Positions 22,108-32,809 of a stretch of 64,000 nt of DNA are shown here, piece after piece. Within the stretch, counting starts at the first letter, position 1. Each line of letters begins with the position of its first letter. The position numbers and the translations under genes are program-made. The stretch is from Schmidtea polychroa (lineage: Eukaryota): NCBI GenBank assembly GCA_044892525.1, contig CM097885.1, positions 252,030,001 through 252,094,000 of the forward strand. The letters run 5' to 3'. The notes under the pieces were generated by a model, which was not told where the DNA came from, made no database searches, and saw only the letters and a list, made by a program, of their open reading frames with translations.

Positions 22108-24010
22108 TTAAATCGATTTGCATGCACAATCATATATTTTACTCCGGAATGGTAACAATTTTAAATTGGTTTCGGTGGTGTCGCACACTTTGTATGGCCT
22201 TTTAAATGGTCTTTGTAATTTCGGCGATAGACCTTTGAGAGGTTCCGGTCTGTTAAGATATACTAGATCTTCGATCTTTATGCCATGCGCATGTGCTTTT
22301 TTATCGTAGGCTTCTTTATATTTCTCTTGGTTGTGCTTTATTGTCAAACCGGCTTTAGTCCATACTGATTGCATTCTTTCTTGCATCAATACTTTATAAT
22401 CGGGTATATCCATATTTTGTGAAATTGGTGGTTGGAATTTGAGATCAATCGGCATATTATTTTTCCTTAAATACATCAAATAAATAGGGGTGTCACATGT
22501 ACTTTGATTTACTGTATTTCTGTAGGCAAATAGACACGGCTTAATGAAGTCGTCCCAATCTTTCTGTTTTCGATTCAAATATGATGAGATCATATTTATC
22601 AGTGTCCCATTAAATCGCTCCACTAATCCATCAGTTTGTGGATGATATGGTGAAGTATTCAATTTCTGCGAGTGATGCATACTTTACAACTGTTACACCA
22701 ATTTTTCATGTCTTGTTCCATTGTTGGCCAAAGTATTTCAGTTTTAATCTTGATAGCGTCTTGCGCGTTGACAAATGACCTCCCAAAGCTCCATCATGAT
22801 AATGCATCAGTAATGCGTCTTTGTGCTTGGCTGGGATAATAATTAATGCTTCGCCATTTTTCCAACATTTAAGTATTCCATTATGAATTACATATTTGCT
22901 GTTTGCATCTGTGAGTCGTTTCCAATCTTGTTTCTTTCTTATTTTGACCGCTTGTTCCATAAATTGTTTTAATTCACTATCGTTTTCCTGATAATTTTGT
23001 AGTTCAGGCATTTCATTAACAGCTTTGATTGCAGCGAATATAGTGCCTTCCAATTTTTCAGGTGTTCCTTCACTATCATTTTCTGGGATTCTTGACATAG
23101 CATCTGCATTCGCTTTAGCTTTACCTGTCCAATATTTAATATCAAAATCGTATTCTTGGAGGGCAATCGACCATCGTATTAACTTACTGGCTGAATCTCT
23201 GTGTTTCATTAACCACTGTAGTGGATTATGATCCGTATAAACAGTAAATTTTCTGCCCAATAAATATTGTTTAAAAGTAGTAATTCCATACACTAACGCT
23301 AACGTTTCCTTTTCAATAGTTGAGTAGTTTTTTCATGAGATCTCAGTGATCTGCTTGCGTATAATATTACGTGGTCCTTTTCACCTTCAAATTTTGGCCC
23401 AACACCGCGCCCAATGCAACATTGCTTGCATCCGTCAACAAGATAAATTGTTTCGTAAAATCTGGACATCGTAATATGGGAGTTGTCACTAATTTCTCTT
23501 TTAATGTATTGAAAGCGCTTTGTTGCATTAGTTCCCAAATAAATTTGTTGTTTTTCTTTAGTAACGTATTCAATGGTTGAGCGATATGAGAAAAATCTTT
23601 TATAAATTTTCTGTAATAGCTAGCTAAATCTAAAAATTGTCTGACCTCATCGGCATCTTTTGGTACTGGATACTCTTCCACTTTTTTGATATTATTTGGA
23701 TTAGTTTGTAACCCTTGCCGTAATATTATATGTTTCGATGGTTTGATTTTTAATTTTGCACTTTTGAGCTGTTTAAATACGGTTTCTGCATCTTTGAGGT
23801 GTTCTTCAAAATCATTTGAAAATATTATTATATCGTCGATATATAACAATGCATGTCGAATACCTCGTAACACATAATTCATTCCTCGTTGGAATGTAGC
23901 TGGGGCTCCTGTTAATCCAAATGGTAACACGTTAAATTCATATAGTTCTTTGCCATCAGAGAACGCAGTCTTTCCTCTATCTTTTTTTTCCCTTTCATTA
24001 TGAGCGAAAT
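22108..24010 (-). pseudogene. pol: Gypsy pol (RT-RNase H-integrase), frameshifted
   Basis: ORFs 23367-24035, 23299-23538, 22706-23293 and 22108-22680 carry the consecutive motifs. Confidence 0.9.
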
Positions 24011-24011
24011 T

Positions 24012-24948
24012 CTTCCGGATTTGATATATAACCAAACAAGAATCTGTATATTTGACATAATCAACACCTTTCTATGGAATGTGAAGATATGAATTGTGAT
24101 GAAAGAAGTGAAACCAGAGGATCCGTGTGTTTTCGGATGCAGAAATCAACTTTTTGTTGGAAAAATTAGCAGAAATAGCTGGTGTAAAAATTGAGGACAT
24201 ATTATCTGTTACAAATGCATTAAATATCGGCTGGGTAGTTGAGAGTCAAGATTCAGGATTTGATGATCAGGAAGAAACTCAAGAAACTGATGAGGAAATC
24301 TATGAACCTATAGATGAACATAAAGATACAGAAAATATTACGAATGATTGTATTGATCATGTCGTTGAAAATGTAATGAAATGCGGAGATGACGATTGTG
24401 AATGTATTAATTAATAAATTTTAGTTAATTATTTCATATATTTAATATTTCTTATATATTTATTTAAAAAATTAAACAACATAACTACTTTATATTTTAT
24501 TCAAAAATGTAGAAATTACATACAAAATAGCAACACCTGTTGCAAGTTTAATATAGTTTTTAAACTTTCTTTGATGCTCATCCATTTCCTTGGCATTTCG
24601 GGCGAGTTGATTCAATATACCCCATCCGCCATGGTGTAAACTTAGACTTGATTATCTAAAAAAATGAATATTATTAAAATATAGATTATAAAAGTATAAC
24701 TTCTTGAGACCATTGATAATAGTGTTCTGAGTCCCGTAAACCTTTTTCGATGATAATTTTCATATAAGTGAACCCTACAATTATTCGGGTCCACTTCATT
24801 TCTTCATCACATAGGCAATCGAATATTCTATTAAAATAATTTTTTTTTGTTTCAAGACAATCCGTATTCAGCATATCTTCGTAATCAATATGGTTGCCTT
24901 CAATAATTTTTTCGGTCCGATCGATCAGGAAACTGAGGCTTTCGATAA
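24012..24948. mobile_element. Internally deleted fragment of a related Polinton (inverted relative to the full copy)
   Basis: 24012-~24140 matches Polinton ~41190-41310, and ~24145-24948 matches Polinton ~40215-39430 (acidic ORF plus Bcl-2-like gene with the same intron). The copies are clearly diverged, not identical. Confidence 0.85.
24490..24948 (-). pseudogene. Bcl-2-like gene, 5'-truncated copy with a 14-bp deletion in BH2
   Basis: MKWTRIIVGFTYMK and the intron position are conserved. CCATGG[ATAGAAGCCAATGG]CGGATGG is collapsed to CCATGGCGGATGG, causing a frameshift. Confidence 0.8.
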
Positions 24949-24998
24949 TGTATTATCTCTCACCGTGTCTTGTATCCATTTAATCCCACCAGTGTCAT
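24949..24998 (+). repeat. 50-bp copy of unit B1 sequence 7552-7601
   Basis: TGTATTATCTCTCACCGTGTCTTGTATCCATTTAATCCCAC(C/A)AGTGTCAT; one mismatch. Confidence 0.9.
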
Positions 24999-25376
24999 AT
25001 ATTTTTAAAAAACCTAAGAATTCAAATATTATTTAAACAAAAAATAATATATGTCTAAGTAGTGATAATTATTAAAAGTATTACTATATTAATTACAATC
25101 ATACAAAATTTATTTCATTTATTACATTATTCATGATTTTGTAACGAAATTTCTTACTGTGCTAAAAATAGTGTCGGGCAGTATAATAAATTAATGTGTA
25201 TTCTAATATGATCTATGTTTGATTGATGACAGAATGATCAATATATATTTGGGAAGACATTTATGACGAGGGACTTGAATAAATCGGACACACATCTTCT
25301 AACGATAGTCCGTGGACTCACAAAGTGCCTGACAATTATAGTGCAACTAGTGCGCTCACTTTTTGCGAGCACTCAC

Positions 25377-25423
25377 CCACTTGATACAGTACCAACGTTG
25401 ATTACTCAACGGGTATCAAGCGG
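25377..25423 (+). ncRNA. Conserved two-stem structured motif, copy 2
   Basis: CCACTTGATAC / AGTACCAA / CGTTGA-TTAC-TCAACG / G / GTATCAAGCGG. Confidence 0.45.
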
Positions 25424-25429
25424 TTAAAC

Positions 25430-25650
25430 AATGTTGTATTCTGGGTTACGCTGGAAACAGCACGAAAAGGAAAAATGTTTGATCATTGGTAACTCACCAA
25501 TATCCTCTTTTTTAAAACCATTTTTTAGCTCTGACCAAACTGATTTTGTCCACTCAATTGCAGCATCTGTATTTGCTGACACAGCTTCGCTGATTTCTGC
25601 ATAAACAATATTCTTTCTGTTTTTAAATCGATCTAGCCATCCGAAAACCA
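25430..25650 (-). mobile_element. pogo/Tigger transposase internal fragment
   Basis: GWLDRFKNRKNI..ISEAVSAN..A.EW...W..L..GF..EDI matches the CENP-B HTH to DDE junction of Tigger-like transposases. Confidence 0.65.
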
Positions 25651-26610
25651 AAAGCCATGGTTCCATGTGTGGATCTTCGTCCACAGCCATTCACGTTGAG
25701 GAATGGTGATCTTTGTTCGAATGATGGACTCCCCCGCCTGTTGGGCAGCCTTACGTTCGGTTTGTGACTCCAGGTACCGTCTTCCTTGTAATGGGCCGGC
25801 TTCATCTTCCAATCTCTGGGGTTCCGATTTGGTTTGGCTCACTCTTGGCATTTATTCTGACTGAATGGAATTTTGGTTAGTCTATGATTGGCTTATATAC
25901 TTCAAGATACTTACCATCGATGTGTCTATGCGTGTATCAATCGGTCATCGATTTAATTTGTAAGGTACAAGCATGTAGTTCGCTGGTATAATTCATGTTG
26001 TGTAGATATGTCCTCTCTTCGTGCGATGAATGACTAGTCACTCTATAGTTGACACGTAAACTGTTTCAAGCTGACGAACGAACGCCAAGCCATGGGAATT
26101 AAAATGTGAAACTGCTTTATTAGGTGGCCAATCCAATTAAAGATGAAAAATCAATGACTTGGAACCGGTGTAATCAACAACACAGAAGTCAGTATAAAGA
26201 TCATGTTCAATAAAAATTTAATCACAAAAAATAAACATAACTTTCCTCAATTTAGAGTTTCGTATTCAGGCAATAAAAAAATAAAACGGGGATTTTGAAA
26301 ATAGTGGCCTCTTTCCCCTTCATTTTACTTTATGTGTACTTTAAATTGTAATGTAACTAGTAAATACCCAAATAAACCTGCTCATATCATTAAGATTTTC
26401 ACTGATAAAAATTTATAGATAAAATTTATATAGATATTGATAGCTTGGATTCGGATTAGGGAGAAAATGCTTATCGACTTTTATTAAAGTTTGATTCTTT
26501 TGTATTAAAACTTGAATCTTCTAATTTGAATATTGATGCCTTGGATTCAGTTTAGAATTAAAAATGCTTCTTAAGTTATATTGCAGCTTGAATTCTCAAT
26601 TATATATATA

Positions 26611-26985
26611 TGTCTTAGGCAAATGGTAATTTTAGGAAAATAACATTTGGCTAGGCAAATGCCATTTGTCTTGCCATTTAAATTTGTTTTGCGTGTTTTT
26701 TTTATTACATAAAACATTGAAGTAGGTACTTTGAAGTTAATTATTATGGTTTAATAATACATTATAATGGTTATTTCAATTTTTTTCTTCATATCTTTAT
26801 AACCTCGAAATTAATAACATTAGAATTATTTGCCCAACAAAGATTTAGCCAAATGGCTTTTGCCTGGTCAAATGCTATTTTCCTAGTCAAATGGAAATGA
26901 AATAATAGCTAAAGCTATTTGACCAGGCAAATAGCATTTGCCTAGCCAAATGTTATTTTCCTAAAATTACCATTTGCCTACGACA
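26611..26985. mobile_element. MITE with ~51-bp TIRs inserted in (TA)n
   Basis: TGTCTTAGGCAAATGGTAATTTTAGGAAAATAACATTTGGCTAGGCAAATG has its reverse complement (one mismatch) ending at 26985. Both sides are flanked by TATATA. Confidence 0.8.
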
Positions 26986-27920
26986 TATATATCAAATGTT
27001 TATATTCGTCGTCTGTTTATCAATTTTTTATTTAGATTTTTTGCATTTGTAATTTCTATAGTAAATTATTAATTAACGACTGATTTTGTAGTTTATTTAT
27101 GCTTTGCGTCGTCGTATAAAAATATAACAATAAATAATTGCTGACCCTTTACCAAAAAAATTACCTGAACGAACCTTTCTGCAGAACCGAAGACATATTT
27201 TGTGTTTCTTAGAAACGGTACTTTTGTTGAGGCCGTTTCTATTTTGAATGTAATCCTCGAGTTGAGCGCGTAGTTTATAACTGTTTGAATAAATACTGAA
27301 TATTCTTTATATTTAATTAAATAATTGGAAAACCGGTTAACCGTGTCAAATAACCCGGTTTAGATGATCTAGTTTCGCGTGCGTATAAAATTTGTAATAA
27401 TTACGATGATTTATCAAATGTCAGTAATATCTCGCAAAAACCACTTTTTAATTGATGATTTTAATTGATAAACCCTTAAATAAATATCATTTGTTATAGT
27501 AAATTTGCTTATTTGGTGCTTTTTTCAGTTAAAATCCTATAGTTATTATATATTAGCTTGCTATTATTAATTAAATCACAAAATATTAATTTTTTTTATT
27601 ACTATATTTTATTTTAATTTATTAGGTCTTGCAGTTTATTTGATAAAGATAGCGAACATCTGAGACGCAGTCAATTAGATTTAATTAGGAGTCGGCGGCT
27701 ATCGCAATCAATGATTAATTGTTTTTAAATTTCTTATAAAAAAGAGAAATTATTTTCTCTGAGTAAATTACATCTGTGTTCGCGTTGTTGTTAAAATGGT
27801 TTCTTGTATATGTGTGTGTGTGTGTGCACAGAGACGCGGACAAAGGGTTTTTTATTCTTTTAGAATCGAAATTTTTGGAATTATTTATTGGTTTGTTTTT
27901 TGTTTGAATATTTGGAAAAT

Positions 27921-28480
27921 ATGTCAACATGTGTTCATTTTGAATTTGATAATGAAGATGAAAAAGATCGAATGCTGAAAAGAAAGTATATCACTGAATT
28001 AATGGAACAAGAAGATTGTTCTGAAGAAACAGATAGTTTTTTAGTGAAGAAGGATATCAATAACTACTATAAAATGTTTCTTGATACTACTTTTTGAATA
28101 TGACGCCGGTGAGGTTGAGGAATTTCATTCTACTCCGTTTGTCAAAAAAACTATTGATGAAAGATGCGAACTGCCTTTCTATGAAATTATTAAATTAGTT
28201 GTTCAATGTCGAAATGATGCCAATGCTACTTTTCGAAACAAACGTTATGGAATTGCGCTCAATGAATGTTTACGAGGATTGGATATATTCTATGCTATGC
28301 CGTTAGAGACTGATGACGAGGGGAAAATTCGATCGGGTGATGTTGTGAATATGGCTCATTGTGATTTGAAATTAAATTGGGGACCATCTTCAATTAAATA
28401 TTGCAATACGGTACTTGCTAATTAGCCGGTGAATACAAAAGCCTTTTATCGAAAAGAAAAGGGTCTGATGATTATTGAAG
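27921..28480 (+). pseudogene. Intronless TPR-protein (FKBP/AIP-like co-chaperone) fragment
   Basis: RNDANATFRNKRYGIAL and NMAHCDLKL...IKYCNTVLAN*PVNTKAFYRK are TPR helix pairs. It has a frameshift near 28090 and a stop. Confidence 0.55.
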
Positions 28481-28482
28481 AA

Positions 28483-28580
28483 TTGGAAGCTGGTATTTAA
28501 AAACTAGGTCAAACTTGAGAGCAGACTTTGTTGGCTTATACACTTGGAGTCAAGCAAATTATAGTTGATGTAAATAAAAC
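28483..28580 (+). pseudogene. eef1a: Elongation factor 1-alpha fragment
   Basis: [29 protein letters not shown] compared with canonical [31 protein letters not shown]. Confidence 0.7.
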
Positions 28581-28811
28581 CATGATTCTTAGTTTACATA
28601 GATTTGATTTGTTCAAAAATGGTAGCAGAGCGTGGTTCTGGTTATCCGGCCAGAACAAGGTACTACATAATTGTTTTATATTATGTATCAAATTTTTGTA
28701 TTTTCTAAGGGATTTTAAATTAAATTATTGTGTAATATCTATTGTAAAATATATTGCGAAGCATTTCTCCTAGGGTCCGCCCTTCATAAAAATGATATAA
28801 ATAAAACTTAA

Positions 28812-29025
28812 CAAATATTTGTAAAATCTTTAATTGGGAAGTCTATTACAATTGAAGTTGAATCAAGTGACACCATTAAAAATATAAAAGATAAGATTCA
28901 GGAAAAAGAAGGGATACCCTCAGTCCAACAAAGACTTAATTTTGATGGGAAAACATTAAAAGACGGCTTTACTTTATCAGACTATAATATTAATAAAGAA
29001 TCAACATTACATTTAGTCTTATGTC
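28812..29025 (+). pseudogene. Divergent ubiquitin unit lacking start Met and C-terminal RGG
   Basis: [72 protein letters not shown], an open frame absent from the supplied ORF track. Confidence 0.85.
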
Positions 29026-30383
29026 TTGCAAAAGGAGCTCCTGTGTGTACCGTTGAATTTGAAAATAATTGCAAAAGAAGAACAGGGATTAAAATTTGTT
29101 AGGTCGTTTGCGCAACAGAGCTTAGGAGATTGAGTTGACACTGCGAAAGAATAAAGAAGAAGAGGAGCATATGAAAATAAATAGGAAGTGGTAATGACAG
29201 AAATCCAACAGTTGAAGCATAATACCCTGGAGTTAGGATGAGAGAGAAAAGTAAAAGAAATTGAAGCAGATCTGATCCGATTAGAAGCGAATTTTAAAAG
29301 AATCGGTGATATGGTGTTCACGCAGAAGAAATAAATTTTAAGCTTAATAACTGAAGGTCACAGAAAGATCATTTTGAAGTGAAGATCATAATAAAAGACC
29401 AAAATTAATGCTGGGATTAAAACCTTTAAAATTACCAGTCTTTTATGGAGAGGCAAGTGAATAGTCGGAGTCAAACAATTCCTAACAGAATTAGATAAAA
29501 TGTTTGGTAGATCATTGTAACAATTAATGCAGTTGTTAATAAAATGTAATAATTTTAAAAATTTGAATTAAATGAATTTGACACTAAACTATATTTAAAA
29601 AATAATACACACTAAATTCAATATTAAACAAACATTTTAATACATATTTAATTATTTTTTAAAAAATAAAAAACACAACCCCTGAAAAATCACTACAGTT
29701 ATTAACCATTTTGTATTTGATGACAGAAAATATCTATTCTAGCTCTTCGGTTCATAAAAAATTAATTAGTTATCTGCCTTGGATCAAAGAAAAAACCAAG
29801 CCTAATTTTTTGGATTCTTTGTAGGATGATACAATGTAATTTTGCTTATGTTCTTACAAAATATTTGACGACCTTAGCAAACATGCGTTCAAAGTTTATT
29901 GATCTTCATCCTCAAGCTGATGGCTCTATGCTCGAGCGACATTATCCCTCGTTCACCTCCACAACAAAGCACAAATTAAATAAAATAATGTACCTATTTT
30001 TCGGTTAAGGTCAACGAGAATATATGATCGTAGGAAAAGTCGCACTCGAAGATTGATCGGATTAAATGAAATTCAATTTATTTCACTGAATAAGTAACGG
30101 CGTAATGTTAGCAGCTACAATATATCATATCCGCGGAATTGCAGATCATTCGGCAGGGAAGGTTATTCGTAATCTTGCCTTTTCTATTAATTAAAGTTTG
30201 TTTTTGCTAAAGTTCCAGGAAACCAAAATAAATTACAGAGACTGAGAGATTAAATAATTCACTAAGTGGTGAAGGGACAAGAGGAAATGGGGCACGACAT
30301 CTTCTACGATAGACCATGAACCCTGAGGCTCGTCTGGCCGTTATTAGTCCTTGAGATGGTACTCACCTTTTGCTGTCAGCCAC

Positions 30384-30428
30384 CCGCTAAAGCGCAGTTA
30401 ACGTCCTTTACGACGGGTGTTTAAGTGG
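30384..30428 (+). ncRNA. Conserved two-stem structured motif, copy 3
   Basis: CCGCTAAAGCGC / AGTTAA / CGTC-CTTTAC-GACG / G / GTGTTTAAGTGG. The upstream ~110 nt aligns with the region upstream of copy 2. Confidence 0.4.
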
Positions 30429-32076
30429 TCAAATAAAATAATTATGCGGGTTTTGTAAGGGGACACAAATAGAATGAAAGAGATGGGCAAAAATGTTTCC
30501 AAAATAAAAAAAAGTTTCTCCACTTGTAACCCTTGGGATGCATAATTGTACAAATGAAATGCGATTAATGCGGTGTTAAATAATCAATGTAAATATTGAT
30601 TTATTGTAAATACTATTTTTCACTTGGTATTTCTGATCAGTGTTCTAAGTGGTTCATCTGATTGAGGATCAATACAATACAAGATCAGATTATCGAGACG
30701 TGACTGACACGCTTTGTCAGTTTGTACATTTCACCAATTATAAACTCATTGCAACATTATTAGTGATGTGGAACAGTTTTAACTGCATTTAATATAGATA
30801 TAAAATAGAAATACCTATTGAACATTATGAAGAATATCAATTTTTATTGTTGCCCACATATTTTGAATTCCATTTTTATGTGTTAAATTAAATTCAAACT
30901 TCAGATATTTTGTAAATTTTTACTTTTTATTTATATTTAAAATATTTCTATTTTTCCCAATAAGTAATTTTTGCATTTTATTTTCACTCAATTTTTAAGC
31001 TTTGTTTTCAAATTTCGATTTAAATATCAAACAAAAATTTAAAAAAATCACATATTGACTTAAGATCTTATAGCATATTAAATTCAATCTTTTAAAAGCA
31101 TATGCCTTAGAACCAAATTTTCAAAAGAATATCAAAATTGTTGACATTTAATTGCTACCCCTAACGCAGGTTAGACCAAAATCTTTGCGACATAATATGA
31201 TAGAGTAGATAGTAAAATCATCCTCTCTCCTAGAGCTAGCTTATAGATACGACATTTATTTGAAATAGAACAAGTCACCATCGATGCCTGACGATTACAT
31301 GTTTCTTATTTATTTCATACATATCCTCACAACGAAAACAATACTCAGCTAATAACAATCATTAAGAGAACCAGGAATAAATTGTCAAAACAAGAAATAG
31401 GGGCAGATCCTATGCATTAAAAGAAAACTTAAAATGTGTGTGGAAAATATAAATTTTCAAATACTTATAAAAGGGTCAAATTTTTGAAATTGTTTGCTTT
31501 CAGTTCCGTGACGAGATATTAATGATGAAATAAATATTTCTATATGTAGTCAAGAACCCGGAAAGTGAATTAGTTAATCGTTTGGTAACGAAGCTTACCT
31601 TCTCGTTAGTTCAGTACAAACATCAGTACCAACCTAGTATAAGTTTCCAATATATAAGCATTAATCATAACCTTTTTTAATTTTGAAAACATTTAAAATA
31701 ATTTTGAAAACATTTAAAATAATTTTGCAAAGACTTGAATAACTTAAAATATATTTATCTTAGAAATACTAGGAACCAATGCAAAGTTTAAGGAAATATT
31801 TATATAACACAAATATTTATAAATTAAAGTAACAACGAAAACTTAATAAAAAAATAATTAAAATATAAAACAAAAAAATAATTGAAAATTGAAAATTGAC
31901 TTTCTTGTAATTTAGATTAGTTCAAATGTCTGATTTTGTTTGAATAATATTTTGCGGTTATTCAAAGGTTTTATTTTATTAACTACTTATTAATTTTTAA
32001 TTAGAAATTTAATTTTTCCTCATTTAATAAAAAATTCGGCTAGAATTAAAAAAGATAAACTATATTTTTTGAAAAT

Positions 32077-32503
32077 ATGGATAAAACTGATTCATACAAA
32101 GTCGAACGACCTATTTATTCATACGAAAATCTGCATCGTGATTATATTGAAGATGAAATAACTTTTAATTTATACAAGAGCTTTAAACAAAAAATGAAAT
32201 TTAAGAATATAAATTTACAAGCTGTAATGATGCATATATTGCCATTTCCATTTCTAATGGCATCATTTTATCAAGCTAAATATTTAATTAATGACTTAAT
32301 AGCTGGAATCACAATGCTAGTTTTCCATATTCCTCAAGGTGTGTACACAATTCCCAGTAGTATTTATATTTTAATTACTTTTTATAATTTAGGAATGGCG
32401 TATGGACTTTTAGCGGGTTTACAACCAATCAATGGACTTTATGCATCATTCTTTCCGCCATTAGTTTATATTTTATTTGGCACATCCAGACATTTGTCAT
32501 TAG
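32077..32503 (+). CDS. SLC26A: SLC26 anion transporter (prestin/pendrin-like), exons 1-2 (32077-32338, 32393-32503)
   Basis: V.RPIY, DLIAGIT...HIPQ|GMAYGLLAGL.PINGLYASFFP.LVY.LFGTSRHLS is the SLC26 signature. The GT-AG phase-1 intron is 32339-32392. Confidence 0.93.
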
Positions 32504-32809
32504 GTAAATAACTTGTTTACGGTAAACATTGAATTTGCACAATTTATTAAATTTCATATTGTTAACTTGTCCAGTAATTCTTATTCTTGCGAGTAATAAT
32601 AATTAATTTTATCCAAATAAGTTAATATTTTTGCAAAATAATTTATTAATTTTTTTTGAATATTAATAATAATTTCTATAATAATCTGGCAAGAAATATT
32701 TGAAAATAATTAATAGAAAATTTATTGTTAATTTAATTAAATTAAAAATTATTTAGTATTAATTTTTTTATTAAAATTTATTATTAATGCATTTTGTAAA
32801 TTTAACAAT

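Larger units (their letters stand above)
19625..24010 (-). mobile_element. 5'-truncated, degenerate Ty3/Gypsy LTR retrotransposon
   Basis: Order is RT (KTAF..YEFNVLPFGL..PATFQR, YIDD), RNase H (TDAS, YASRSL, TVYTDHNPL), integrase (H..GH; YHPQTDGLVERFN), extra ORF, PPT, LTR. It has multiple frameshifts and an internal integrase deletion near 22690. Confidence 0.92.

Noticed and set aside
24127-24414. 95-aa ORF as a genuine gene
   Set aside because: It is chimeric: the first codons come from an off-frame piece of the 41-kb Polinton gene, joined by deletion to the acidic gene.
29100-29520. BEL/Pao gag remnant suggested by KLPVFYGE
   Set aside because: It is a single short motif amid many stops; insufficient evidence.
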